The position numbers were made by a program, and so were the translations under genes. 64,000 nucleotides of DNA from Curvularia clavata (Eukaryota): NCBI GenBank assembly GCA_023920165.1, contig CP089275.1, positions 2,914,001 through 2,978,000 of the forward strand, given 5' to 3'. Every line of letters begins with the position of its first letter. The first letter of the stretch is position 1. The notes under the pieces were generated by a model. It did not search any database. It had not been told where the DNA came from and saw only the letters and a program-made list of their open reading frames with translations. This document shows positions 12,110-24,585 of this stretch, piece after piece.

Positions 12110-13503
12110 ATGAGTTCGATGAGTACACCAGGCGAGTCCATCGCCTACCGTGTAATCATCGTGAGCGTTCTTGGCCCTGTTCTTGCCATACCGCTGTGCG
12201 CAATTCGCGTGTATACCAAACTCCGCATCTTGCGCAATACGGGATATGATGACTGTAAGTCGTTCATAAGCTCAAAGTACCAGGACCAGTGCTTACAACA
12301 GTATCAGATGCTATTTTCTTCGCTACGGTACGCGCCGGTAACCCGGAAATGTAATCAAAACACCCCGAGGTTGACAGCAGACATAGCTTCTAGCTTTGGC
12401 ATATTCAATAACCACTATATATCGTAAGCAATATTCGCAACACCATCAGCAAGTTCTCGATAGCTAAACAGGCCCAGAAACAAGCAACGGTCTTGGAAAG
12501 CATATAGCAGATGTGACACCACGCCAATTCCACAACCTTATGAAGGTAAGCATCAACTAATCACTGGTGTGGAGGAAGTCTCTGACTTACGAGCACAGAT
12601 TGGCGGTATTGCTGGTCAGATGCTTTACAACATGGCGACGATGTTTATCAAAGTCTCACTGTGTTTCTTCTACCTGCGCTTCTCCATCTCCAGAGCGTTT
12701 CATATTGCCATCTATATTCTCATGGCCATCAGCGTCATTTACAGCATCCTGTCGGGCTTTGGTTTCGCTTGGACATGCAACCCCAAGGAAAAGTACTGGG
12801 ACTTCACCATCATGAGCGGCTCTTGCATCGACTTCAACGCCTTTTTTCTGTCTAATGCTTGCATAAATGCAGCGACGGATTTCGTACTCTTGGTTATGCC
12901 TTTGTTCATCATTAAGAATCTCACTCTCCCCGCACGCCGAAAACTTGGTGTAGCGCTTCTGCTCATGACGGGTTCTTTGTAAGTCATGTACTTTGAGTCA
13001 TTCAGTCCAGAAGTAGACTAATTCATGGTAGTGTCTTCGTTGTCAGCTTGATCAGGACTGAAGCAATCGTCCGTGGCATGAGAGAAGTCGCAACAGACGC
13101 AACCTGGGGAATGGTCTTGAACTTTATCTGGATGTTCGTTCACCACACATTATATCTTATCAATGCCATCGCTAATATCAGCAGTCTGGTTGAAATGTGG
13201 CTCGGCATCATTTGTACATGCATTCCTACGCTACACACCTTCATCAAGAACCGACGAGCTGCACGATCCACTCAGGACAATGCTAATATGCCCGGCCATG
13301 GAATGCCAGAACATCAGTGGATCGGGCTCGAAGACACACCGGAGAAGGCTTCGGACGCAAAACGATCTCCACGAGTGGACATCCTGGATTCGAAAAGCCA
13401 TGGAAGCAACTCATCGGCGACTCAATCGATCCTATACGCAGAAACGGCCTTGCCATCACTTTCGCACGCAAACACCCGGTCTACAACAGATTTGCCAGTA
13501 TGA
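12110..13503 (+). CDS. Pth11-like/SAT4-family (fungal rhodopsin-like domain) integral membrane protein, multi-exon
   Basis: Exon translations give AIRVYTKLRILRNTGYDD, NGLGKHIADV, FIKVSLCFFYLRF, INAATDFVLLVMP, RRKLGV and VEMWLGIICTCIPTL, typical of 7-TM Pth11-like proteins lacking CFEM. Internal exon boundaries were only partly resolved. Confidence 0.85.
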
Positions 13504-13611
13504 GTTTGGTCTTTCTAACAGAAGCAAACTCGTCACGGTACAAGGGAAACCACGTTATGGCATAAGCATCTGGAATATTAAAACTAGAGTATAGCGGCCC
13601 TAGATGCATTC

Positions 13612-15654
13612 TCACACTCCGGAATAAGGCTCTTCCTCCATTAGCATTTCGTCTGCAATCTTCTCGGCTAGCATATACATCGAGCTTTGTGGATGACCCG
13701 GCACGCTAAAAGGAACCACAGAGTTGTCGACTACACGCAGGCCCTTGACACCAAACACTCGAGCCTTGGAATCCACAACCGCCCCTTCCTGTGCGGATTT
13801 ACCCATTGCACACGTCGAGCTCGCATGCCAAATCTGCTGCGCGGTTTCCTTGATAAATTTCAAGATATCCGCATCGGAAGACACTGCTGTTCCAGGTGCA
13901 ATCTCAGGGCCAACAACAAAGTTTGCAATAGCGCGGCTGCTCCACACTTCACGTACACGCTTGAAGGCGGCAACTAAGATCTCTCCATCTGCGGGATCGG
14001 TTAACCAGCCTAGGTTGATGATTGGCTGGTCCAAAATTGACGCGCTGCTGATCGTCACGTTGCCTCGCGAAGAGGGTGTGGGCAGCGTAGCACTAACGGA
14101 GCCGATGGTCGAGTAGTCTGAGCTACCACTGGGGAAGCCAGAAGCGATGTATTCAATCTCGGGCCAGTCTTTCGGGAATTGGTTTAGGAGCGAGGCTGTG
14201 CGGGGCGATAGACCCGCACGGTACTTACGGGGAAGTTTTTCAAAAGAGAGATAGCCTCCCGCTGAGCTGTAAGGCCCCGATGCATTGGTGTAGTATTGCT
14301 GCAATGCGACGTCAGTTTGGGCAGGCGTAGCAAGATATGTACCCGTGTTGGGGATCGAGAGACCACGGAGTACGTTGAAACGGATCTGGTCCCAGAGATT
14401 CTGGCCTACACCTGAGAGGTCTGAAACGACGGGGATGGAGAACGTGGCTAGGGTCTCCGCGGGCCCAATACCTGCTCGAACGTCAGTACCCCGCATCCGG
14501 TAGTAAGGAGCTTGTCAAACTAGTTTACCAGATAGCATCAGTAGCTGTGGTGAATGAAATACCCCTGCCGACAGTATAATCTCCTTCTTTGCAGAAAGCA
14601 CATAACTCTGACCGTTTGTAGTAGCAGCTACACCAGTTGCCTTCTTCTGACTATTGAACAAAATCTTGCTAGCCTGGGAGCGTAAGTAGATGACAGGTCC
14701 CGAGGGCGACGAAGAAGCCAACGTATCGATGTAGCTGCTTTTCGATGTGCTCCTCGTTGCATTCTTCGGATCGATCGTCGTGGGCACCCACGCGCCTCCG
14801 TCCAATGTCCCACTACTAAACCCCTTGGTGCTGAGCTTTACTCCAACATCCTGCAAAGCACGTGCAAGCCAGCTTTGCGCTGGCTGCAGAAAAACAAACG
14901 ATAAAGTCAGCTTACGTCTCACGGGCACTTGGTGCACTACAGACTTACGTCGACCCAGTTCGCCCATGACACCTGCAGCGGGCCGCGGAGCGCATTGTCG
15001 AACACCGAAGCATCATAGCGCACCGTAGCATTTGGCGCATTCCGCTTCTCCAGGTTGGGCGGGGTGAGCGTGCTACTCTTTTTGAAATACGGCAGAATTC
15101 TAGAAAAAGTGTAACTCTGATCCCCAACAAGATCAGCCCAGCGCTGGTAAGCACCGATTGTTCCTCGGTGGTAAGCCATGGTGTTGATTGCCGAGCTGCC
15201 TCCCAAGGTCTTGCCCTGCGCATAGTGAATGCGCCGATTGCCGATCAAAGGCTGCGGGGCGGCCAGGAGGTCCCAGTCTATAAGAGGTTGGCGAGGGTAG
15301 TCTTCCGTGGTGGCGAGAAAGGCTGTGTTGAGCGCATAGTACGGCACAACGGATTGGTTGCCATTGTCTTGCTCGTAGAAGCCACCGGCTTCCAAGACGG
15401 CGACGGACGCAGAGGCAGAGAGTCTCGCGGCTATGGCGAGCCCAGCAGTACCACCACCAATGACTAATATTTAGTAAGACCCAGTATCAACTAGTAAGGG
15501 ACAGTCCTTGTATGTAGACGTTGAGCAAGTCCGTACCTACGTAATCATAGGAAGCGTCTCCTGGTGTCCCTTCACGGATCGCAGCCCCTTGAACGAAGGC
15601 GACGGTGATCAAGCTAAATGCCGCTACGTTAGCTACCCGCGTTATGCTTCGCAT
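13612..15654 (-). CDS. Secreted GMC oxidoreductase (AA3; choline dehydrogenase/PatE/VBS-like), 4 exons
   Basis: Signal peptide MRSITRVANVAAFSLITVAFVQG. Motifs YDYVVIGGGTAGL (across intron 1), GKTLGGSSAIN, SAGVFHSPQLLMLSGIGP, WHASSTCAMG, VVDSKARVFGVKGLRVVD and GHPQSSMYMLAEKIA. Confidence 0.93.
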
Positions 15655-17096
15655 ATTCACGCTATCTTTTCGGGGCAACCTCTTAAATGACTCGTCGTGT
15701 TGCGCAAAAGCTTGGTTTGTGGTGCCGATTTACGATACTGTGATCGATGTAGTACGGCCGTGGAAGATTTTTCTCTCTTTACACCGCTACCCTTGACCTG
15801 TTCTTTAACCAGAGAAAGTCCAGGGTTGGTCACGCTTGAATGGCAGCGAGTCGTGTCCTATAGATATACAAAGGGCCGATGGCCAGCCACACCAATCATA
15901 TCGACGCGGAGTTCACAGATTCAGGTACCGGCATATTGACATCCGGGTCCCTTGTCCCTAGGTGCATGCGGATGGCGCACTGTAACTCCATCTAGGCGCG
16001 CTCCGTCTACTAGTTTGTGCATCCGCCACCCCACCGTGAGGTGCACCCATGTCCTGGAGTCTTGGAAGTCGTGACAATCCAGGTCGTGCTTCTCTGGAGG
16101 TGAACACGCAGTAGAACTCGGGTTCTTGCTTCGCTGCAACTGAAGGCAGAGTTGAGCCCAGTGTGTGTCAAGAATAACATACATAGTCGGCCTACCTAAG
16201 CAGAGCACCCTGGCCTCGCTTGAAGCTATTAGATTAACCGCCACACGCCTATGTAGATAGTTTCGGTTTCTGGGTTGGCATGAGAATAATACCGCGGCCT
16301 TTAAGAACTGCACCTACCCCTTGGCTTACATTGGAGGGTTCTGTTGGTTCTTCCCGTTCAATAGGTTCTAGGCTGTTTATAGAAGGTACCTAGACGTTTA
16401 AGGGATATGGTTGTTGCATTGAGCGTGGCTTGTAGTAGTATGAACGAAATCATGTTTGTTCAAGCATATATGCAGAGTGCTGAAGTTACGACACATGGTT
16501 TCGTATCAAATCCTGGTGAGATTCTGACGGTTGGGAAGGATTGAGTCCCGGGAATATTATCCTGTCATGTGCGTCACTGTAAGGCCAATGTCACGTGACT
16601 ATAGCTTCATGGGTACTTTGAAGTATGATTGTTGTGCTTGGCCTGGCATTATTTTAGTAGTAAGTTGTTGGATCCAATGCTACAATGCATGCAGCCATGG
16701 TTCGTGTATAGCTGCTAGCAGCACCAACAACCCATTCCATATCAGCCCCGGTTAAGTCTTTATTCATGTAAGGGGTGAGTAGGTGTGAAGGCGAACGACT
16801 TCATCTGTGCCCTGTCCGTTGCCTCATTCGGTTTTTGGGTATTTAATGTGTCCTTGTATTCTACAGATACTTACTGCTCAATGAGCTGCAGGGTGCTTGT
16901 CGTATCACAAGAACTATTGCAATTCCCAATGCTACGTTTGTTGCTTTTGGTCAAGGTACTATGACACAAACCTTAATTGCACATCGATACTTTCTTTCTA
17001 TACACCCGACATCTGCAATCCATAGAACTGATTAGAGAAACACCATGAGCCGCCCTAGTTTTTTTTTGCTCCGAAATACACTCAATAGCACTCGGA

Positions 17097-17581
17097 CTAA
17101 ATGAGAACCGTTGTTTGACCCACGACGACCACCTTGGTTTGGTCTACCAATGCGAACAAATCTTCGTCTTCTTTGATACGCTCTCCTCCTCCACTCTCCA
17201 TGATTGCAAGGGCTTGTTGAAGGTGCAACTCGTCTCGAAATATCATCTTCCCCATCGCGTCCCATTCTAGGCTGGAGGGTACTCCAATGAGAACTACTGG
17301 ATCATTGGGTTCAGCTCGTCCCGTCATGGAGGTGACTGCTCCCAATCGATCTCCTAACCCAGTTTTGACACGCTCAACATAGCTAAAGGTTGAACACATA
17401 TAAGCTTATGCGTTTTCCGCTATTCACAGAACATTGCTTACTGCATTGTGTAAGAAAGCGGTTGATGTTCCTCAAACACTTCTTTGACTATGGTCAAATG
17501 GATTTCTTCCATGTGCGATCGAAAATCCTCCGGCGTTACTTCGGGGCGGCGGGTATAGAATATTAAAGCTGTTATCGCCAT
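17097..17581 (-). CDS. EthD-domain (dimeric alpha/beta barrel) protein, 2 exons
   Basis: Manual translation MAITALIFYTRRPEVTPEDFRSHMEEIHLTIVKEVF, then a GTAAGC..TTTAG intron, then YVERV...WDAMGKMIFRD...RIKEDEDLF. Fits the EthD pattern RxPxxTxExFxxxxExxH...DExxF. Confidence 0.8.
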
Positions 17582-18762
17582 ATTTTTGCCGTTGAATGTT
17601 CACAAAAGGTTCGCAGCGGAAAGGTGAAAAACCAAGTGTCGGTACGATGGGCCGTGTCGGAGTATAGTGCAAATGGGGATGATCGTGAAGGTGGGGGACG
17701 ATGGCGGCTTTGATCTTCTGCGAAACCAAGTTGCCGACGGAATGACACGCCGGTCTTAAGTTTTTCAAGGATTAGGACATGACTGGCTTACTGTCAATGC
17801 ACGAGCGCAAATTCAAAAGGGGTGGTGCAATACGCTGTGACGGCCCCGAAAGTTTGGGCGCATCTCCAAGCATACTCGGCGATCCCAACTACATCTTGCC
17901 TCTGCAAGCGTAGCGAGTAGTGGGGCACGAGTGTGACGACTCACATAAAGCACGTCGGATGGCTGATACTGACTCTCAAACTGCTTCTCATTTCTTCGAC
18001 CTTTTAACTTCCTGGCCCGCGGAGCCCATGGTAGCGCTTGGTGGCTGAATGGCTTTCACACTACGTAGCCTGCTCCACCGATACACTTACTCCAAGTGCG
18101 TTCAGCGGGTACCGACGTTTTGGAGTAACCCACTGTCGCCTCACTTGACAGTTGCTGCTCATTTCGATCAGAGCGGGCCCCCTGGCAAAGGGTCTTGGGG
18201 ATTGTCTGTTTGGGTTTAGGTTATAGCAACGAGCGACAAAGGCGTCTGGGAATCGATTGCCCCTTAAAATCAAAACCGTGGCACCTTGAGCGATAAGATA
18301 AAAGGAGGTGCGTCGGCGGCGGCAGCGGCGTCGGCGGCGGCGTGCCAGCTCTTGTAGTTGGCATTGGTATTGGCGAGGACCCCTTTTGACCGTTGGTGGA
18401 GTTAACGCGGCGATTCCTAAGTGGGGCAAGTTGATCGACTGAGTTGGGCATAAACATTTTCGCACCACTGTCATATGACAATGGGATGGTTCAATATAGC
18501 ATCTACATGTCAACATCAGCGTTCAGGGTTCCAGTGATGATGTGTTTGTAGCACTGCCCCGCATTGTGAGGGGTACCGGACTATCTGCTGCCGAGTAATC
18601 CGTCCACATGCTCCCAACAACACCCCACGGCCCGGACCGCTCATCCGAGCGCCAGCATGGTACCTATGTTGATCTTGAGACATCTTGAGACGTAAAGAGC
18701 GGCCAAACTCAGTTGTACTGGCCTGCTCACCAAAGCATTCTGAACCAAGCACTACCACCAAG

Positions 18763-21159
18763 ATGAAGTTCCGTGACGGTATGGTCACAGGCTAAGAATG
18801 TGGATTCACTGCTAATGCAATATAGGAATGTGGCTGGTCAATGACCGCTTTACAGTCCAGCATGCAGAAGAAGTATATACCGTTACACCTCGCGAAGACA
18901 ACAAGGCTGTCACACTGCTTTGCCCGAGTAAAAAGATCTTTTCTCGTGGTGATACGCTCAACTTAAGCACCATATCTGTGGAAGTGGAAGCCCAGTTCGA
19001 TGGCGTCATCTCCCTCGAAGTCACGCATTTTGCCGGTGCTAGACGTCTAGGTCCAGATTTCGACCTCTTTCCTGGTGGAAAACCTGAATGCAAGGGCGAA
19101 ATTGTGAAGACCGAAAAAGGGACTACAATCACATCGGGAGCATTGAGTGCAACTGTCAGCTCCAAAGAGCACACTTTTGACATCAAATTTCACGCCACGG
19201 ATGGATCGAAGTCATTGACTTCACTAGGTCACCGCAGTATTGGTCTCGCCTATTCTCCGGCTTTGAGCACACCAAAAACTGCCGGAGACTTGGGTGCTCA
19301 CAAACATTACATGTTCACTCAAACTGACTTGGGTGTCGGCGAAACAATCCATGGGCTCGGTGAGCGTTTTGGTGCTTGGAACAAAGTCGGCCAAAATGTC
19401 GAGATCTGGAACGAAGATGGGGGCACCTCTAGTGAGCAAGCCTATAAGAATGTGTCATTCTGGCTGAGTTCAAGGGGCTACGGTGTCTTTATTGATACCC
19501 CCGACAAGATTGATCTGGAGATTGGAAGTGAAAGATGCGCTAGACTGCAGACGACAATAGAAGGGCAACGATTGAAATGGTGAGATTGTTGCACACTTGA
19601 AGTGGACGGTAGCTGACATGTTCAGGTATCTGATTTACGGCCCTACTCCAAAGGAAGTTCTCACCAAATACTCTATTATCACTGGAAAATCAAACCGTGT
19701 ACCAGCATGGTCATATGGATTATGGCTCAGTACCTCTTTCACTACTTCTTACGACGAGAAGACAGTTCGGCATTTCGTTGAAAAGATGTCTGAATCTAAG
19801 ATCCCTGTAGAGGTCTTTCATTTTGATTGCTTTTGGCTTCGTGCCTTTCACTGGTGCGACTTTATCTGGGACCCCGAGTCCTTCTCAGACCCTGCAGGCC
19901 AGATAACTCGAATGAAGAAGGACGGACTCATCAGCAAAGTCAGTGTCTGGACCAACCCATATATTGGTCAGGCAAGTCCTGTTTTCAAGTACGCGGCCGA
20001 GAAAGGCTATCTGCTCAAGAAGACAAACGGTGATGTATGGCAATGGGATCTCTGGCAGACTGGCATGGGCATCGTCGACTTCACGAATCCAGAAGCATGC
20101 AACTGGTTTAGAGAATGCATGGAGAAACTTTTTGACGTTGGAGTCGACTCTATCAAGACCGACTTTGGTGAGCGCATCCCCACCAAGGAAGTTCAGTGGC
20201 ACGACAAGACTGTGGATCCGAATCGTATGCACAATTACTATGCCTTCATCTACAACAAGCTCGTATATGAAGCAGTACAAAAGCGATATGGAGAGCATGA
20301 GGCGATACTCTTTGCACGCACAGCATGCGCTGGCTCCCAGCGATTCCCACTCCATTGGGGTGGTGACTGCGAGTCTACCCCGGCCGCATTGTCCGAGTCG
20401 GTGCGTGGGGGTCTCAGCTTAGGATTGGCATCCTTTGCCTTTTGGACCAGCGACATTGGTGGATTCGAGGGCAGCCCACCACCTTGGATCTATAAGCGAT
20501 GGGTTGCATTCGGACTGCTTAACTCTCACAGCAGACTTCATGGCTCGAACTCCTACCGCGTTCCGTGGCTAGTCGACAACTCCTCTGCCGAACCAGAGAG
20601 TTGTACTGATGTACTGCGACACTGGGTGCAACTCAAGCGCAGCCTGATGCCATATCTCTTTGCTCAGGCTGAGGAGAGCGTTGCTAACGGTTGGCCGACA
20701 AGTGTTCGTGCGGTGGCCCTCGAATTTCCAGATGACCCAACGTCCTGGTATCTGGATCGCCAGTTCATGGTCGGTAGCCAGATTCTAGCTGTACCAGTAT
20801 TTGAGGAAGATGGAACCGCCGAGTACTACCTTCCACCCGGTCGCTGGTTCAGCTTCTGGGATGGCAAAGAGGTACAGGGTGGCAGATGGATCAAGGAAAA
20901 GTATGGCTTTCTCCAATTACCACTGTTTGTTCGCGAAGGCACTATCTTGGTGCTCGGGCAAGCTCAAGGCGAGGGCGGCTTCGGCTATGACTGGCTCGCT
21001 TCTGGTGGCGAGGTTAAGTTGTATGGCGTGAAGCCGGGTGACAAAGCAGTGTTGGTGGACACCAAGGGTGACCACAAGGGTGTCCTAGAGGTCGATGCCA
21101 GTGGCAACCTCAAAGGAATGGACGTGCTGAGCGGGGAGTGGAAGATTTCCAAAGCGTAG
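18763..21159 (+). CDS. GH31 alpha-xylosidase (YicI-like), no signal peptide, 3 exons
   Basis: N-terminus MKFRDGMW (intron 18779-18825). Motifs GLGERFG, GLWLSTSFTTSYDE, VFHFDCFW, catalytic KTDFGERIP, WTSDIGGFEG and HSRLHG. Confidence 0.92.
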
Positions 21160-21669
21160 GAAGGTGTATCCACACTTTTGAGGGGTCATGCATATCGCGA
21201 ATGGCACATGTTATGCAACATAGGAATTCAACCTTAGGAAATAGGTGTAGAGCCGCAGAGACGTTGCTGCATCTCTAACGCGAGCCGTCCAGTTTTCCAC
21301 TGTGCATGCTGCCTATTGGCGGAAATTCAACATCGCTATATCCCCGCCCCTCCCACTACTGCACCCCAACATCATTCGAGTCTCCCCGGATTTGAATTGT
21401 AGATGATCAGCAAGTAGCATTGCACCAAGCCGGATCCTTGAAAGCTTATGACAGCGACACCAAAGGAAACTAGGGGCGCCATTCCGGCTGAATGCTTATT
21501 TACGCAAGACCGGCTGGATGGTGGGATGACCAGCATGCGTCGTTACTGTAGGCGCGCACTTTGCATATCGGGATAATATGTACCTTGGGTAACATCTTCT
21601 TAAAGCTGTGTGATACCAGCAGTTTTTGGCTTTTGTTTCCCCCACCTTCTCCCAGCAGCATCAGCAACC

Positions 21670-23391
21670 ATGGGGCTTTTCTTCAACTTGGCTCTTGCCA
21701 TTTTCGCTGGCACGGGCAGCTTTCTCTTTGGATACGATTCCGGAGTAATGACCATTGTCATTCAGTCCAAGAACTTTCTCGATTTCTTTGAAACGACAAA
21801 GTCATCACCGATCATAGGTGCTGTAAATGCGACTTTCTCGGGTGGGGCCTTCTTTGGCTCGTTGATGTAAGGGTTGAGCCGTCCGGGAGATGCACAAGTT
21901 GTACTGACAAATGGAAGGGGTGGATTCACCATGGACAGTCTTGGTCGGAGAAAGACCATCATGATCGCCGCTACTATCAATCTCATAGGCGCAATCCTCC
22001 AATGTGCTGCCCAGAATCTTGCTATGATATTGGTTGGCCGAATCATGGCGGGGTGGGCAGTAGGTCTGCTCTCCATGTCTGTGCCTATCTACCAAACGGA
22101 GTGCGCTCATCCAAAGACGAGAGGTCTGTATTTCAAAGCTTGCTTCAAAATTTCCAAAACTAAAATGAACAGGTCTCATGACTGGTATTACCCAGCAGAT
22201 GATTGGTGTAGGATTCATTGTCTCGACATGGGTTGGCTACGGCTCCTCCAAAGTGCCCTCGACAAATTCCTTCTCCTGGCGATTTCCCCTCGCATTCCAA
22301 TGCGCCCCATGTCTGATACTCATCACTGGTATACTGTTTTTCCCCGAGTCACCCCGATACCTCGTCGAAACAGACCGTGCGGACGAAGCGTTGAGAGTAC
22401 TTCGAAAGCTGCATTACAATGGAAGCAATGATGACTGGGTGCAAGCCGAGTTCAATGAAATTAAGTTGACTATCGATGCGGAGCGGGCAATTTCCGTGCC
22501 AGGATGGAGAATCATGTTTACAGTGCCTGCATGGCGTACGAGGTTGATGCATGCGACGCTTGTGCAACTCTTCGGGCAGATGACTGGGTATGCTCTTTCC
22601 AACCACTCTATCATTACTCTTACTGACGCTGTTTCAAGTATCAATGTCATCGGGTATTACTCCACGATCCTTTACGATAACCTGGGTATCACTGGCGATA
22701 AGAATCTTCTTGTTACAGCTTTCTACAATCTCGTCGGCCCAATTTGCAATCTCTTCTTCATCATTTTCGTCCTCGACCGCGTTGGCCGCAAGAAGCCCCT
22801 CCTCTTTGGCACGATCGGTATCACTATTGCACTCATCTGTGAGGCTGCTATCGGGTCGCAAGTCCCAGATGCTACAGGATCACGAAAGAATTCATTGTCC
22901 GGCGCCGGCGTGTTCTTCCTGTTTCTTGTCTCATGCATCTTCAGCGTATCATTCGGCCCTATCTCCTGGGTTTACGCTTCCGAGATCATGCCATTGAGTA
23001 TACGAGGCCGTGGCTCGGCATTCTCAACTGCGGTCGGTAACTGGCTTGTGGGTACGATTTGGAACCAGGTGTCGCCTATTGGTCTGGGTGATATCACGTA
23101 CAAGTTTTATTTCATCTTCGTGGCTTTTAACATTTGCATCACATTCCCCACGATCTGGTTCGTATTCAAGGTACGTATAAATTCCGTGAGCGAAGGAAAG
23201 ACCCAGAGCACTAATTGCTATTCCAGGAGACCAAGCAGCTCACCCTGGAGGAAATCGATCTGCTTTTCGAGGACAGTAGCATTGGTACGATACCTGGTGA
23301 CTTGGATGACAAACAAAAGCAGATTCAGCTGGAACGAATCGCCGACGCGAAGAAGCAACTCGCTGGAACGAAAGTCACTGCTGTGCACTAG
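21670..23391 (+). CDS. MFS sugar porter (SP family), 5 exons
   Basis: Motifs FLFGYDSGVM, DSLGRRK, GRIMAGWAVG, PESPRYL, DRVGRKKPL, GPISWVYASEIMP and ETKQLTLEEID. The last exon ends VTAVH-TAG. Confidence 0.93.
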
Positions 23392-23822
23392 GCACATACT
23401 CCAGCCAAGTTGTTAGTGATCTAATCAAGAGAAGATGGTTGTGCCTTTAGTAGGCGTTGACATGTAGGTGGTTGGGGTCAGAGATACTCCGGGAGTATGA
23501 TTGTTACCATATGCATCAACATTGAGATTTTCGAGAATGTCGCACAAAACGTCATATATGCATAGACATGCAAATCTAGCTGTGTTCGAGCGTTCGGTTA
23601 CATAACATCGTTCGGTGATTCACCGTACCTTACATGAGTCTAGAATCTTATCATTCACTACCCCGGGCCACGTTTGCTGTTGAACGCTTGAGGAGACAGT
23701 TGTATTTGCATTTCCAGATGTTCTAGATACACAACAAGTGAGCATACAGATCTTCTCTGTCGATGCATTCTGCCTTGGATATCATCCTTGATCAGTTACT
23801 GGTGGACGAAGATAACAGATGC

Positions 23823-23831
23823 AAAAAGAAA
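23823..23831 (-). terminator. RNA polymerase III terminator (TTTCTTTTT) of the tRNA gene
   Basis: T-rich run beginning after a 6-nt spacer downstream of the discriminator base. Confidence 0.75.
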
Positions 23832-23837
23832 CCAGAG

Positions 23838-23960
23838 TAGCTGAAGCACGTTTCTATTAAGAGATTAGTAGCTGTTATCGAACACACTATCATGGTAACC
23901 ATACCGATCGTGCGTCCTCCGGGTTATGAGCCCGGCGCGCTTCCGCTGCGCCATTCAGCT
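23838..23960 (-). tRNA. Initiator tRNA-Met (CAT) interrupted by a 51-nt GT-AG intron in the T-loop (exons 23960-23905 and 23853-23838)
   Basis: Spliced 72-mer: AGCTGAA TG GCGC AGCGGAA GCGC G CCGGG CTCATAA CCCGG AGGAC GCACG ATCG|AAA CGTGC TTCAGCT A. All four stems pair perfectly. Initiator hallmarks are present: A1:U72, three G:C pairs in the anticodon stem, A54 and A60. Confidence 0.93.
23854..23904 (-). other. Spliceosomal-type intron inside the tRNA-iMet gene
   Basis: GTATGGTTACCATGATAGTGTGTTCGATAACAGCTACTAATCTCTTAATAG has donor GTATGG, branch TACTAAT and acceptor TAG. Its removal exactly restores the T-loop ATCGAAA. Confidence 0.85.
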
Positions 23961-24496
23961 TTAGAACTGATGAATAAAAACATTTCTAGTTTACAAAACT
24001 TATATTTACGGCTTCACACCATAGTACCAATGATCTCAGTACTTATTACAACGACAGAAGGCCAACTCCATTGAGTTAATCGAGAGGTGGGGGCAATGTC
24101 TTTTTTTTTCATCACACATTTGTGCGGTGTGCGTCGGACAGTACCGGCCATACTATGGCGGTTTCGGACAACTTCGGGCTTCCATATTACAGAAGATGAA
24201 ATATTCGGCATAAATTTGGTGGGACGAACAGACATTGCACTCATTTCGAGTTTGGTGCAATTATCTCGGCAGAATGCGAAGATGAGGATTTGTGTTAAGG
24301 AACGCAAGGGCGGGTCCAAGTTCACGTCGCAATTTTACCATTATGCTAATGTTAAAGTGACTTCAACTGATCTTGCATTCCCTGAAGACGGTCGGTGTAA
24401 TGATATGTGTTGCTGGTCGTTTGGTCTTAAAGCTCGCGGGGATGTAGTGGGTGGCGGTCCTGACATCGGAGGAGAGCAAAAGCGGTTAGCTGCACA

Positions 24497-24526
24497 ACGC
24501 GCTTCAACGCGACGCGTTCCTCGCGC
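24497..24526. promoter_or_regulatory. MCB (MluI cell-cycle box) cluster upstream of CTF18
   Basis: ACGCGT at 24512-24517 plus three more CGCG cores within 30 bp, 60-90 bp upstream of a replication gene. Confidence 0.55.
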
Positions 24527-24585
24527 TTCACAGGCCAACTCCGTCACCCGATTCAACACCAAATTGACAATGCCTGCCTCGACCG

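Noticed and set aside
23915..23935. Canonical (position 37/38) tRNA intron
   Set aside because: The anticodon arm CCGGG-CTCATAA-CCCGG is contiguous. The only interruption is in the T-loop and has GT-AG and branch signals.
23892..24074. 60-aa plus-strand ORF
   Set aside because: It is the antisense reading of the tRNA-iMet gene and its AT-rich upstream flank.
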